Positions 9,743-19,735 of a stretch of DNA of 64,000 bases are shown piece after piece. A program made the position numbers and the translations under genes. The stretch comes from Eubacteriales bacterium (lineage in GTDB: Bacteria; Bacillota; Clostridia; Oscillospirales; CAG-382). The stretch lies in contig JAZSRP010000049.1 of the NCBI GenBank assembly GCA_045538555.1, positions 129,476-193,475 on the forward strand. The letters are read 5' to 3'. Position 1 is the stretch's first letter. Every line of letters starts with the position of its first letter. The notes beneath the pieces are model-generated. The model saw nothing but the letters and a program-made list of their open reading frames with translations. It was not told the DNA's origin and searched no databases.

Positions 9743-11007
9743 TAAAGATCCTGAAAAACGCATCCGACAGTGAAATATTGCTTCGCAGTCAAGAGAGCTT
9801 TAATGTATCTGATGGCGTGCGTGATATCATTGCTACTGTTCGCAGAGACGGGGACAAAGCATTGAGAGAGTATTCAAAAAAATTTGACGGCTGTGAGCCC
9901 GCCTCTTTTGAGATAGATTCCTCACTTTTGGAGCAGGCATATCTCAGTACCGGTCCGGATTTTCGCAATGTACTTGATTCAGCTGCGGCAAATATTCGTG
10001 AATATCACGAAAAAATGAAGCAGGAGGGTTTTGAGATTACACGTCCCAACGGTGTTGTAGTCGGTCAGCGTGTTCTTCCTCTTGCGCGTGTGGGATTGTA
10101 TATTCCCGGCGGCACTGCCGCATATCCCTCCTCGGTTTTGATGAACTGCATTCCTGCCAAAATTGCGGGAGTGGGTGAGATCATCATGACCACTCCTCCA
10201 AAAAAAGACGGAACGGTAGGATCAGATATTCTTGCGGCGGCATACGTTGCCGGCGTTGACCGTGTGTTCTGTATAGGCGGTGCACAGGCAGTGGCGGCAC
10301 TTGCTTTTGGAACAGAGACGGTTCCAAAGGTTGACAAGATCGTGGGTCCCGGAAATGCTTTTGTTGCGGAAGCAAAAAAACAGGTCTACGGTATCGTGGA
10401 TATCGATATGATTGCAGGCCCCAGTGAGATACTGATCGTAGCGGACGGTGACAGCAACCCCGCATACGTAGCGGCAGACATGCTGTCACAGGCAGAGCAC
10501 GACAAAAACGCATCTGCTGTGTTGATCACTGAGTCGGAGACGTTGGCTCAGGCAGTTTCTTTGGAGCTTGAAAAACAACTCTCTCTGCTTCCCAGAGAAG
10601 AGATCGCAAGAGCATCTATTGACAACAACGGAAAGATCATACTTGTTTCGGATATAAAAACAGCTATTGAGATTGCAAACAGACTTGCACCCGAGCACCT
10701 TGAACTCTGTACGGACAACAGCTTTGAGCTGCTTCCGCTGGTCAAAAATGCGGGATCGGTATTCCTGGGTAGATATTGCCCCGAGGCGGTTGGCGACTAT
10801 TATTCAGGAACAAACCACACCTTGCCGACAGGTGGGACAGCCAGGTTTTCCGGCGCATTGTCTGTTGACGATTTTGTGAAAAAGACACAGTATACGTATT
10901 ATACCCGTGATGCACTGCTTGAGGATGCAGACAGCATCGCTCTGTTTGCTTCACGAGAGGGACTTGATGCCCACGGCAGAAGTGTTATCATCAGAAAGGA
11001 AAACTGA
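9739..11007 (+). CDS. hisD: Histidinol dehydrogenase
   Basis: 422 aa; GGAQAVAALAFGTE, SQAEHD, PEHLEL, GDYxxGxNHxLPT motifs. Confidence 0.92.
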   Translation: MIKILKNASDSEILLRSQESFNVSDGVRDIIATVRRDGDKALREYSKKFDGCEPASFEIDSSLLEQAYLSTGPDFRNVLDSAAANIREYHEKMKQEGFEITRPNGVVVGQRVLPLARVGLYIPGGTAAYPSSVLMNCIPAKIAGVGEIIMTTPPKKDGTVGSDILAAAYVAGVDRVFCIGGAQAVAALAFGTETVPKVDKIVGPGNAFVAEAKKQVYGIVDIDMIAGPSEILIVADGDSNPAYVAADMLSQAEHDKNASAVLITESETLAQAVSLELEKQLSLLPREEIARASIDNNGKIILVSDIKTAIEIANRLAPEHLELCTDNSFELLPLVKNAGSVFLGRYCPEAVGDYYSGTNHTLPTGGTARFSGALSVDDFVKKTQYTYYTRDALLEDADSIALFASREGLDAHGRSVIIRKEN

Positions 11008-11008
11008 T

Positions 11009-12076
11009 ATGAGCAGGTTTTTGAGTAAATCGCTTTCCCGCTTTGATGCCTATGTTCCGGGCGAACAACCCAAAAACAAAAATCTCATAAAGCTCAATAC
11101 AAACGAGTCCTCATACCCGCCTTCAAAAAAGGTGGCTGAGTATCTTTCAAGAGAGGCGTGTGACGGTCTCAACCGTTATCCCGACCTTGTTTGCAGCGGC
11201 CTGCGTGACAGCTTTTGCAGAGTGTTTGGAGTGTCTGGAAACAAAGTTATGTTTACCAACGGTTCAGATGAGGCACTCTATCTTTCGTTCCTTACATTTT
11301 GTGACGAAAGCAGGGGAGTTGCTTTCCCTGATATAACTTATGGCTTTTATACCGTTTATGCCGACCTGTGCGGAATCAATAAAAAAATCATCCCGCTGGA
11401 TGATGAACTTAGGGTCAACCCAAGCAATTATGTAAACCTTGGCAGAACTATAGTTATTGCAAATCCAAACGCTCCCACAGGCCATGCTTTGTCTTTGGAC
11501 GAAATATCGTTTATACTTGACTCAAACAAGGACAACGTGGTGGTCATTGACGAGGCGTATGTTGATTTTTACGGAGTTTCCTGCAAGTCCCTGCTTGACA
11601 GGTACCAAAACCTTGTGGTGATCGGAACTTTTTCAAAATCCCGTTATCTTGCAGGTGCTCGGCTCGGCTACGTGATTGCATCACCTGAGCTTATTGCAGA
11701 CCTTGAAAAAGCCAAGTATTCCATCAACCCGTACAACGTAAACACCATGACCCAGCTTGCGGGCAAAGCGGCTCTTGATGATAACGAGTATTACATGCGT
11801 GTCAACGCCGAGATTGTCAAAACCCGTGATCTGTTTGCATCCGAGCTTTTGCAGATGGGGTTTGAAGTTCTTCCGTCAGCAACAAATTTTGTATTTGCAA
11901 AATATGACGGTTTTTCCGGTGAGTACCTGCTGGAATCTCTCAGGACAAGAGACATACTTGTACGCAGATTCAAAAATGAGAGAATAAAGGATTTTGTCCG
12001 CATCACAATCGGCACACCTCAGCAGATGAGAATTGTTGCCGACACCCTGCGTGAAATTGTGGGAGGTAAAAAATGA
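11009..12076 (+). CDS. hisC: Histidinol-phosphate aminotransferase
   Basis: The ATG at 11009 gives MSRFLSKSL...; KLNTNESSYPPS and TFSKSRYLAGARLGY (PLP lysine) motifs. The track ORF start at 10907 lies inside hisD. Confidence 0.9.
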   Translation: MSRFLSKSLSRFDAYVPGEQPKNKNLIKLNTNESSYPPSKKVAEYLSREACDGLNRYPDLVCSGLRDSFCRVFGVSGNKVMFTNGSDEALYLSFLTFCDESRGVAFPDITYGFYTVYADLCGINKKIIPLDDELRVNPSNYVNLGRTIVIANPNAPTGHALSLDEISFILDSNKDNVVVIDEAYVDFYGVSCKSLLDRYQNLVVIGTFSKSRYLAGARLGYVIASPELIADLEKAKYSINPYNVNTMTQLAGKAALDDNEYYMRVNAEIVKTRDLFASELLQMGFEVLPSATNFVFAKYDGFSGEYLLESLRTRDILVRRFKNERIKDFVRITIGTPQQMRIVADTLREIVGGKK

Positions 12077-12660
12077 GAAAAAGTGAAATAAAACGTACAA
12101 CCAAGGAGACTGATATTTTTCTGTCTCTTACCCTTGACGGCAATGGAAAGAGTGATATTTCCACGGGCGAGGGATTTCTTGACCATATGCTCACTCTATT
12201 TGCATCCCACGGCCTTTTTGATCTGACGGTGCGCTGCAACGGTGATCTCAATGTAGATTGCCACCACACCGCGGAGGATATCGGTATTTGTCTTGGAATG
12301 GCATTTTCCGAAGCGTTGGGTGACAAAAAGGGTATCGCAAGATACGGTGATATAATTCTTCCAATGGATGAGTCGCTCATACTCTGTGCTGCGGATTATT
12401 CAGGCAGGGCATACCTTGGATTTGATCTTCCCGTTCCTGCCAAGAGAGTGGGGACGTTTGATACAGAGCTTGTAGAGGAATTTTTTGCCGCATTTGTCAG
12501 AACCGCAAAAATGACACTTCATATCAAAAAACTCGGCGGCAGAAACACACACCATATCATCGAGGGCTGCTTCAAAGCGTTTGGCCGTGTGATGGACAAG
12601 GTCACCATGATAGATTTCCGCAGGGGCGGTGCTCTTCCCTCCACAAAAGGAGTTTTGTGA
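12073..12660 (+). CDS. hisB: Imidazoleglycerol-phosphate dehydratase
   Basis: 195 aa; RTTKETDI, GFLDHML, HHxxE motifs. Confidence 0.92.
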   Translation: MRKSEIKRTTKETDIFLSLTLDGNGKSDISTGEGFLDHMLTLFASHGLFDLTVRCNGDLNVDCHHTAEDIGICLGMAFSEALGDKKGIARYGDIILPMDESLILCAADYSGRAYLGFDLPVPAKRVGTFDTELVEEFFAAFVRTAKMTLHIKKLGGRNTHHIIEGCFKAFGRVMDKVTMIDFRRGGALPSTKGVL

Positions 12661-13268
12661 TGATAGGTATTATTGATTACGGAGTAGGCAACCTGTATTC
12701 CATATCCTGCTCTTTGGCTTCCATCGGTCAGGAAACGGTTTTGGTTACCGATCCCGTCGAGATGCGTGCCTGCGACAAGCTGATACTTCCCGGTGTGGGC
12801 GCATTTGGAGATGCTGCGGAGGCGCTGCGAAAAAGCGGAATGTTTGAACCGCTCAAGGAAATTGCAAAAGAAGGAAAACCACTTTTGGGTATCTGCCTCG
12901 GTATGCAGCTTCTTTTTGAACGGAGCTATGAGTTTGGCACCCATGAGGGGCTGGGATTGATACCCGGTGAGATCGTGCCCATAAAGCCGCTTATCGGCGA
13001 AAACAAGGTGCCTCATATCGGCTGGAACGCACTGAGCTTTTCAAAAGAAAAAAGCAAAATATACAAGTATCTCACAGAGAGCGACTATGTTTATTTTGTT
13101 CACTCATTCCATGCCGATTGTCCTGCAGAATACGTTTCTGCCACCACTGATTACGGAGCAACCCTTACTGCATCGGCAGAGAACAAAAATGTGTATGGTA
13201 CCCAGTTTCACCCCGAAAAGAGCGGAAACGTGGGTATATCCATTCTTCGAGCATTTTGTGAAATTTAG
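12657..13268 (+). CDS. hisH: Imidazole glycerol phosphate synthase, glutaminase subunit
   Basis: IGIIDYGVGNL, GICLGMQLL, PHIGWN, FHPEKS motifs. Confidence 0.92.
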   Translation: MMIGIIDYGVGNLYSISCSLASIGQETVLVTDPVEMRACDKLILPGVGAFGDAAEALRKSGMFEPLKEIAKEGKPLLGICLGMQLLFERSYEFGTHEGLGLIPGEIVPIKPLIGENKVPHIGWNALSFSKEKSKIYKYLTESDYVYFVHSFHADCPAEYVSATTDYGATLTASAENKNVYGTQFHPEKSGNVGISILRAFCEI

Positions 13269-13276
13269 GAGCAATA

Positions 13277-13999
13277 ATGAAAATACTACCTGCAATTGAT
13301 ATATTTGAGCAAAAAGCGGTCCGGCTTTTTAAGGGCGATTACAACCAAATGACCGTGTACTCAAATGACCCCGTCTCTGTGGCGTCCTCCTTTTCCGATC
13401 AGGGCGCAGAGTACATCCATCTGGTTGACCTTGAGGGTGCAAAAAAGGGAAGTGACTCAAACTTTTCAGTGGTAGCGTCCATTATACAAAACTGCGGGAT
13501 TCCCTGTGAGATCGGCGGAGGTATCCGTGATATGGAAACGGTGGAAAAATACGTATCCGCAGGTGCAGACCGTGTGATCCTGGGTACTGCAGCAGTGAAC
13601 AACAAGAGCTTTTTGCAAAAAGCGGTTGATAAATACGGAAAAAAAATAGCGGTAGGTGCTGATGTGCGTGACAATATGGTTGCGGTCAGCGGCTGGCTGG
13701 AGACCACGGGGCTGGACGTATTTGATTTTATATTACAGCTCAAGCAGATGGGTGTTCAGACTGTTATCTGCACCGATATTTCAAAAGACGGAGCACTCTC
13801 AGGCACAAACCGTCAGCTTTACTGCGACATCCTTGCCCGTACAAAGATAGATCTTATCGCATCGGGCGGCGTAACCGATACCGAAGATATCAAAGCACTT
13901 GTAAAAACCGGTGTTTCCGGTGCCATACTGGGAAAAGCACTTTACAACGGAAATATTACACTCACGGAGGCACTTGCAGCGGCAAAGGAGGAAAAATGA
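13277..13999 (+). CDS. hisA: ProFAR isomerase
   Basis: ILPAIDI...AVRL.KGDY, HLVDLEGA, GGGIRD motifs. Confidence 0.92.
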   Translation: MKILPAIDIFEQKAVRLFKGDYNQMTVYSNDPVSVASSFSDQGAEYIHLVDLEGAKKGSDSNFSVVASIIQNCGIPCEIGGGIRDMETVEKYVSAGADRVILGTAAVNNKSFLQKAVDKYGKKIAVGADVRDNMVAVSGWLETTGLDVFDFILQLKQMGVQTVICTDISKDGALSGTNRQLYCDILARTKIDLIASGGVTDTEDIKALVKTGVSGAILGKALYNGNITLTEALAAAKEEK

Positions 14000-14757
14000 T
14001 TACAAAACGCATCATTCCCTGCCTTGACGTGCGTGACGGCAGGGTAGTCAAGGGAAAGAATTTCAAAAACCTTTCCGACGTTTCTTCACCCGTGGATCTG
14101 GCTTCAAATTATAGCACGTGCGGAGCAGATGAGCTTGTTTTTTATGATATCACCGCATCATATGAACAACGAAAACTGTTTTCTGACGTGCTCCGTGAGA
14201 CGGCTTCAAAGGTATTTATTCCAATGACAGTTGGCGGAGGTATAAATGATATCTCTGATTTTGACCGAGTGCTGAAATGCGGCGCTGACAAGGTGAGTGT
14301 AAATTCGGGCGCTATCCGAAACCCCGCTCTTATTACCGAGGCGGCAAAAAAATACGGAAGCCAGTGCGTGGTTATATCGGCGGATATAAAACGCGTTGAC
14401 GGACAGTATAGAGTGTTTGCCAAGGGCGGCAGAGAAAATACGGGTATTGAGGGAATCAGCTGGATCAAGCATTGCGTAGAGCTTGGAGCAGGAGAGGTCG
14501 TGGTCAACAGTATTGACACTGACGGTGTAAAAAAAGGGTTTGACCTTGAAATGCTGTCACGGGTGTGCGATGTGGTTGACGTGCCCGTCATTGCATCCGG
14601 CGGCGCAGGAAGCGTGATGGATTTTGTGACGTTGTTTAAAAACGTTCCAAAAGTAGATGCGGGACTTGCGGCATCGGTGTTCCATTACGGAGAGATAGAG
14701 ATCGGCAAGCTCAAGGAGGAGCTTGCCGCCAACGGAATAAACGTTAGAATGAGGTAA
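13996..14757 (+). CDS. hisF: Imidazole glycerol phosphate synthase, cyclase subunit
   Basis: RIIPCLDV.DGRVVKG, DELVFYDITAS, ASGGAG motifs. Confidence 0.92.
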   Translation: MITKRIIPCLDVRDGRVVKGKNFKNLSDVSSPVDLASNYSTCGADELVFYDITASYEQRKLFSDVLRETASKVFIPMTVGGGINDISDFDRVLKCGADKVSVNSGAIRNPALITEAAKKYGSQCVVISADIKRVDGQYRVFAKGGRENTGIEGISWIKHCVELGAGEVVVNSIDTDGVKKGFDLEMLSRVCDVVDVPVIASGGAGSVMDFVTLFKNVPKVDAGLAASVFHYGEIEIGKLKEELAANGINVRMR

Positions 14758-14760
14758 AAA

Positions 14761-15405
14761 ATGATAACAGCAGAACAACTCAAATTTGATGAAAAAGGAC
14801 TTATTCCAGCCATTATTTGCGATCATGATACCGGATCGCCTGTTATGCTTGCTTATATGAACAAGGAAAGTCTGGGCATCACCATGGAGGAGGGGTATAC
14901 TTGCTTTTACTCCAGATCTCGCCAACAGCTCTGGCGCAAGGGTGAGACCTCAGGCAACAGACAAGAGGTCATGTCTATCACAACAGACTGTGATATGGAT
15001 ACACTTCTTGTTACTGTGCGCCGCAAGGGCCCGGCCTGCCACACGGGAAACGAATCCTGCTTTTTCAATGAACTGATGGAAGAAAAGGAACCTGCGTTCT
15101 CTCTTGATGCTCTTATGGAGCTTCTCAAGGGGCGCAAGATCAACAAAAAAGAGGGTTCATATACAACTTATCTGTTTGAAAAGGGCAGGGACAAAATACT
15201 CAAAAAGATCGGCGAAGAATGCACGGAGGTTATCATCGGCGGAAAAGCAGATGACAAAAAAGAAACCGTGTACGAAATAGCGGATTTGATCTATCACGTG
15301 ATGGTGCTGATGGTCGATATGAATATCTCCATCAATGATGTGATTACGGAGCTTGCCTCCCGTCATGTTATAGACAAAAAGGTAAAACAGGAAAAAATGA
15401 CCTAA
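14761..15405 (+). CDS. hisI: Bifunctional phosphoribosyl-AMP cyclohydrolase / phosphoribosyl-ATP pyrophosphatase
   Basis: 214 aa. The N-terminal HisI half has LIPAII.D and CHTG..SCF. The C-terminal HisE half has [19 protein letters not shown]. It is the last his gene. Confidence 0.9.
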   Translation: MITAEQLKFDEKGLIPAIICDHDTGSPVMLAYMNKESLGITMEEGYTCFYSRSRQQLWRKGETSGNRQEVMSITTDCDMDTLLVTVRRKGPACHTGNESCFFNELMEEKEPAFSLDALMELLKGRKINKKEGSYTTYLFEKGRDKILKKIGEECTEVIIGGKADDKKETVYEIADLIYHVMVLMVDMNISINDVITELASRHVIDKKVKQEKMT

Positions 15406-15410
15406 AAAAC

Positions 15411-15441
15411 AAAAAATCCACCGTGCAGGTGGATTTTTTTG
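15411..15441. terminator. Bidirectional terminator between hisI and the convergent lipoprotein gene
   Basis: ATCCACC-gtgca-GGTGGAT hairpin (15416-15434) flanked by an A-run upstream and a T-run downstream. Confidence 0.8.
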
Positions 15442-15450
15442 TATTTTTGG

Positions 15451-16440
15451 TTATTTGTCGTCCATGGGATAATTCATGTCCAGGTCGATTTTCATAGAAT
15501 TGAATTTTTCGGTAACAAACAGCCGAACCGTATCGTAACCGATGTTGCATTTTTTGTCGGGCCAGATACCGGCACTGGTGGTTTCTTTTTCGGTCCACAG
15601 GGTTTCTTGTCCGCTGTACCACAGCTTTGCATCAAAAACGTTTATGTTGCGGAAGAAGAGATCCTGATTAGTGTTATAAAGTACAACCTCCACAAAATCC
15701 TTTGTGCTGTTTCCCTTGGTGTCCAAAATCAGATTGCCGGGGAAGTCCAGAGCATAGTTCTGGAGATAGGAAGTGTTGGAACCGTCTGCCTTTGAACCAA
15801 TAGAGACAAAACTCTTGTGATCAACTGTACGCTCGTCTTCGGTCAGGACCTTGATTTTGGCATATCCGTCCTTTGAAGAGGAATCCAATTCAAGAATGTA
15901 GACGCCGGGGTCTATCCCAATTTTTGACTCATACCAAGTGTAGGTTCCCTCAGGAGCATCATAGAGATTGTAAAAAATATGCCATTTTCCGCCTGCGCCG
16001 CTTTTGCAAAGACCGGCATCAATGCAGTTGATCCAGTTTCCGTATTCATCAAAAATATCAATGCCCAAAAATACGTAGGCGTTGACGTGCCGTCCGTCTG
16101 ATCGCACAAGAGACAGCTCACAGCTGTTGAGATCAACGGTGATCCTCGCCTTGTTGCATCCTTTAGAGGTGTAGATACAAACGGCGGGACCGTCGGTATC
16201 TGACATTTTTCCTTTGTTTGCGTATGTCTGAGAAGTATAGATCACATCAACGGGCTTGTCAATAACAGTAGTGCTGACCGTGGACATATCGGATGTTTCC
16301 TCCTGATCAATATTATTGTTCTTTTCGCAAGCAGTCAAAAATAACGAAACAAGCAGAATAAAAACTAAGAATCTGACACAATATTTGATAAAAACCACCT
16401 CTTCCGTATATATATTATCACATAAGAACAAAACATACAA
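15451..16440 (-). CDS. Hypothetical secreted lipoprotein
   Basis: Long ORF with a hydrophobic leader ending in the lipobox LTAC. The start is uncertain: a TGTGATAAT -10-like box and a GAGGTGG RBS lie inside the first ~15 codons. No family recognised. Confidence 0.55.
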   Translation of the reverse strand: MYVLFLCDNIYTEEVVFIKYCVRFLVFILLVSLFLTACEKNNNIDQEETSDMSTVSTTVIDKPVDVIYTSQTYANKGKMSDTDGPAVCIYTSKGCNKARITVDLNSCELSLVRSDGRHVNAYVFLGIDIFDEYGNWINCIDAGLCKSGAGGKWHIFYNLYDAPEGTYTWYESKIGIDPGVYILELDSSSKDGYAKIKVLTEDERTVDHKSFVSIGSKADGSNTSYLQNYALDFPGNLILDTKGNSTKDFVEVVLYNTNQDLFFRNINVFDAKLWYSGQETLWTEKETTSAGIWPDKKCNIGYDTVRLFVTEKFNSMKIDLDMNYPMDDK

Positions 16441-16513
16441 GATTTTTGTTGCAATTTTTATTGATGGGTGTTAAAATTATATATAGAAATAACACTCAAG
16501 AGAGGAATATAAA

Positions 16514-17863
16514 ATGTTTTGCACAAATTGCGGAAAACAACTTCCTGACGGTACGGTTTTGTGCCCTGGCTGTAATGCAGATCTGTCAAGCGTGGCGGAG
16601 ATGTTTGCTCCGGTTTCCACTGCGGAGGTGGCAGCTGAGGTGACGTCTCAAGCTGTACCTGAGTTGAATGCAGATATTGCCTCCGTTACAGAGGTGCTGA
16701 CAGAGACCACCACCCCTGCTGAGGAAGAAATTCCGGCAGAAGAACCTGTTACAGAGGATCCGGCTGAGGCATGTCAAAGCGCACCACAGTCTGATGAAAC
16801 GGCGCACCAAACACAAACACCGGAGCAGGACTTTGCTCCTCCTGCTGCTTCGCCTTTTGTCCCTGAGTATACAGAAAAACCAAAAAAATCAAAGAAAAAA
16901 ATATTCCTCAGCATTCTCACCCACACCTTTGCGGTGATAGTGTCAATATTGCTGTGCGCAATGCTTATCGGAGCATCCTTTTATACAGTGTTCAGGATCA
17001 CGTTTTCAGAAAACTCTCTTGAGCGGCTGGTAGAGTCGGTTTTTGCCGCTGAACTTGATGTTACCGACCTTGTGTCTGAACAGCAAAAGCAGGAGCTGGG
17101 TATTGATGACGATTCCGTCAGTCTTGTTGATATTATATATGAAAATATTGATCAGTCCCGCCTCAAATTTTCATTCACCCGCAGTGAACTGTCAGAGCTT
17201 CTTGATTCTCTTGACATCGCGGATCTGATCTCCGAGCGTGTCAGTGAGAGTATTGCACAGATAAAAAGCGGAGATGACGCGTCTATCACAGTTTTTGATC
17301 CCGATGGAGTAGTGGAGCTTCTCAAGGAGCACAAATCTGAGGTAAAAAAGATACTTGGATATTCTCTCACCTCAGATGATTATTCCAATATAAAAAAAGT
17401 ACTGAAAGAAAAACAGGAAGAAAACGATTCTTTTGGCAAAATAGAAATTTCATCGGTTGCTCCCGGTGCTGTCGCTGACGCGGTTGGGATCCTGTTCAGC
17501 AACTGGATTCTTGTTGCAGTGTGGTTCCTTTGCGCTCTTGTTGCCGCATTGGTGTTCCTGATCAGATATTCTGTGACAGGCGGACTCAGATACTGCGGAA
17601 CTACCGCCATTGTTGCGGGCGGTATCGTCACGTTGTGCTCGCTGGCAATGTTGATCGACTTTATTTCGCCACTTGTTGGTGGAGGCATCGGAAAACTTAT
17701 TGCCAGAGCTATTTCTGTGGTGGGAGTAAACACTCTTATCGTGGGCGGAAGTGTTTTGGGGGCAGGTATCCTGTTTATTTTGACAGCGTATCTTATCAAA
17801 CTGATTTGCCGCAAAAGATCCGAAAAAAAAGAAAAAAACAATCAAACAAACGCGTTTGCGTAA
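16514..17863 (+). CDS. Zinc-ribbon domain membrane protein with acidic/Pro-rich linker
   Basis: The N-terminus MFCTNCGKQLPDGTVLCPGCN has two CxxC pairs. It is followed by a low-complexity E/P/T region and several hydrophobic segments. RBS AGAGGAA. Confidence 0.7.
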   Translation: MFCTNCGKQLPDGTVLCPGCNADLSSVAEMFAPVSTAEVAAEVTSQAVPELNADIASVTEVLTETTTPAEEEIPAEEPVTEDPAEACQSAPQSDETAHQTQTPEQDFAPPAASPFVPEYTEKPKKSKKKIFLSILTHTFAVIVSILLCAMLIGASFYTVFRITFSENSLERLVESVFAAELDVTDLVSEQQKQELGIDDDSVSLVDIIYENIDQSRLKFSFTRSELSELLDSLDIADLISERVSESIAQIKSGDDASITVFDPDGVVELLKEHKSEVKKILGYSLTSDDYSNIKKVLKEKQEENDSFGKIEISSVAPGAVADAVGILFSNWILVAVWFLCALVAALVFLIRYSVTGGLRYCGTTAIVAGGIVTLCSLAMLIDFISPLVGGGIGKLIARAISVVGVNTLIVGGSVLGAGILFILTAYLIKLICRKRSEKKEKNNQTNAFA

Positions 17864-17870
17864 AAAAAAT

Positions 17871-17915
17871 ACGGGCTGTAAGAGTATTACTGAGTATTAC
17901 AGCCCGTTTTATTTA
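17871..17915. terminator. Bidirectional terminator
   Basis: 10-bp stem ACGGGCTGTA/TACAGCCCGT (17871-17880 / 17898-17907) with an A-run before and a T-run after, between convergent genes. Confidence 0.7.
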
Positions 17916-18764
17916 TTCAATTATTGCACTGTCGATCAGCTCTTCATCCGCATACAAAAACATTGCATCTCTGTCCGGGGTTTTTGTATATTCAAAAGAA
18001 AAATTGATCTCGTTCACAATAGCACATAGCGTAAATTCTGTTTTGTTTGCCACAGACAAACGATCGCATACCATACCGTTGATGACCAGTTCAGCCACGT
18101 TGTTTCGTATGACCGCAAAAACAGCCAACCCGTTTTTCTTTCCATTGCACAGAGGCAAGGTCCCATCGTCTTCATATTTGCCTATGGGGTCTGACAGCTC
18201 CTCCTCGTCATCCCGCGGAACAAATCCTGCATCAAACATTTCGCCGCCCTGTTGCGGTTCGTCTCCAAAGCTGGGTTGACGGTTTGACCAGATGGGCTCA
18301 TCGACGCTGTCGTAGGGCGGGAGCTTTTCCAGATCAATACTTGCCTTGACACCCACAAACATAAAGTAGAACAGCATACCGTGAAGCACGATGTCAAGCA
18401 CCCACCCTGACAGACCGTTGACAAAAGCCAGAAAAAGCAAAACAAGTGTATCAATGCCAATCAGAATCAACCCCGCAAGCATCCATTTTTTGTGTTTTTT
18501 TGAAAGCATATAACATAGAAAAAACACAACAATAACTGCAGCCGCACCCACAACTCCCAGGGTAAGAATGGAAGGATCGTTGTTTTGAATAGCAAAAAAC
18601 AAAGAATCGTTTGCTATCCACAGGGCAAGGGAAGAAGAAAACGGCATCAGCAAGCTTCCGCCTGTTGCGATAGTGTAAATCTGAAGTGCGGAAAGAATAA
18701 TAAAAAACAAAAGATTTGTTCTTGCTCGTGAGATTTTGATCTTCAAAAGTCGGCGTTCCTGCAT
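17913..18764 (-). CDS. Hypothetical integral membrane protein
   Basis: 283 aa with ~5 N-terminal hydrophobic helices and an acidic soluble C-terminus. No family recognised. Confidence 0.6.
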   Translation of the reverse strand: MQERRLLKIKISRARTNLLFFIILSALQIYTIATGGSLLMPFSSSLALWIANDSLFFAIQNNDPSILTLGVVGAAAVIVVFFLCYMLSKKHKKWMLAGLILIGIDTLVLLFLAFVNGLSGWVLDIVLHGMLFYFMFVGVKASIDLEKLPPYDSVDEPIWSNRQPSFGDEPQQGGEMFDAGFVPRDDEEELSDPIGKYEDDGTLPLCNGKKNGLAVFAVIRNNVAELVINGMVCDRLSVANKTEFTLCAIVNEINFSFEYTKTPDRDAMFLYADEELIDSAIIE

Positions 18765-18829
18765 GACGTAGCTCCAAAAACAAGGTTATATAAAAATTAT
18801 ATCTCTTTGCAGGAAAAAAGTCAACTATA

Positions 18830-19249
18830 TCACAAAAACCTACGCAACGATCTGATATTGTTTTCTTCGGTTTTCAACAGCTTTGCGGCAAGTATCCTTG
18901 ATTCGGTAGAAGCGTGCTTGCTGTTTTTCAATGATCTGGACATATCCACCAGCCCGGCGGTTGATCCAAGAATCATCATTTCTGCCTGCTTTGAGACAGG
19001 GTTTTTTGCAATGTTTCCCATTTTTATCATGGCACCCGTACGCGCTTTTGCAAAAGTGCTGAGAGAGGGGAGAGAACGATAACCACTCAGCTCCTCTGCT
19101 GCACGAAAAATACTTTTGTATTCCTTTTCCTGCCGTTTCAGCTCCTGCCGCAGTTGCTCGCTTTTGCAGTTTTCCAACAGCTTGGGAATAGAGTAAAGTC
19201 CTGCTTGAGCATTTTTATGGATACGTCCCATGAGTTTTTTTGTATTCAA
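18830..19249 (-). CDS. Hypothetical helical protein
   Basis: RBS AAAGGAG lies 8 nt upstream of an in-frame TTG at 19249 (alternatively the ATG at 19231). The track start at 19315 would add an implausible hydrophobic extension. No family recognised. Confidence 0.5.
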   Translation of the reverse strand: MNTKKLMGRIHKNAQAGLYSIPKLLENCKSEQLRQELKRQEKEYKSIFRAAEELSGYRSLPSLSTFAKARTGAMIKMGNIAKNPVSKQAEMMILGSTAGLVDMSRSLKNSKHASTESRILAAKLLKTEENNIRSLRRFL

Positions 19250-19363
19250 AATAATCACTCCTTTGAAAAAATAAAAAAATAAGAGGTATAATAATACGAA
19301 AAAAAGTCCGTACAAATATTATTCCAATTCAAAAAATAAAAATGCTTTTTGTGCAAAAAAGGG

Positions 19364-19392
19364 TTGACAACAAGATATGGATGTGATATAAT
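19364..19392 (+). promoter_or_regulatory. Sigma-A promoter upstream of tRNA-Pro(GGG)
   Basis: TTGACA (19364-19369), 17-nt spacer, TATAAT (19387-19392) preceded by TGn. Confidence 0.6.
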
Positions 19393-19448
19393 TCCTTTTG
19401 CTGTTGTGAGACAGCGCCGTTTTGAAAAAAGACGGAAAAACATAAGAT

Positions 19449-19525
19449 CTGGGTGTGGCGCAGTTTGGTAGCGCGCTACCTTGGGGTGGTAGAGGCCGCT
19501 GGTTCAAGTCCAGTCACTCAGACCA
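19449..19525 (+). tRNA. tRNA-Pro (anticodon GGG)
   Basis: Hand-folded 77-nt cloverleaf. Acceptor CTGGGTG/CACTCAG (one G-U), D arm GCGC/GCGC, anticodon arm CTACC-TTGGGGT-GGTAG, T arm GCTGG-TTCAAGT-CCAGT, encoded CCA. Confidence 0.85.
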
Positions 19526-19530
19526 GGAAA

Positions 19531-19557
19531 AGCACTGCAATCGCAGTGCTTTTTTTC
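19531..19557 (+). terminator. Terminator after tRNA-Pro(GGG)
   Basis: AGCACTGC-aatc-GCAGTGCT followed by TTTTTTT. Confidence 0.85.
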
Positions 19558-19660
19558 ATTTCTTTACAAAAAAAGCTCAAAAGAAGCCCTTTTACCAAAA
19601 CGAGATAAAAAAACGCAGATTTTTTGACAATAGTGACGGAGTGGATTTTGGTTCAATATC

Positions 19661-19689
19661 TTGACATACTCATGCGCTGATGCTATAAT
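19661..19689 (+). promoter_or_regulatory. Sigma-A promoter of nagB
   Basis: TTGACA (19661-19666), 17-nt spacer, TATAAT (19684-19689) with TGn. Confidence 0.6.
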
Positions 19690-19735
19690 TTTTACAGCAA
19701 ATAAAAAAATAAATGTATTGTCGAGGTATTTTTTT

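Noticed and set aside
19455-19664. 69-aa plus-strand ORF
   Set aside because: It begins inside tRNA-Pro(GGG) and runs through its terminator and the nagB promoter.
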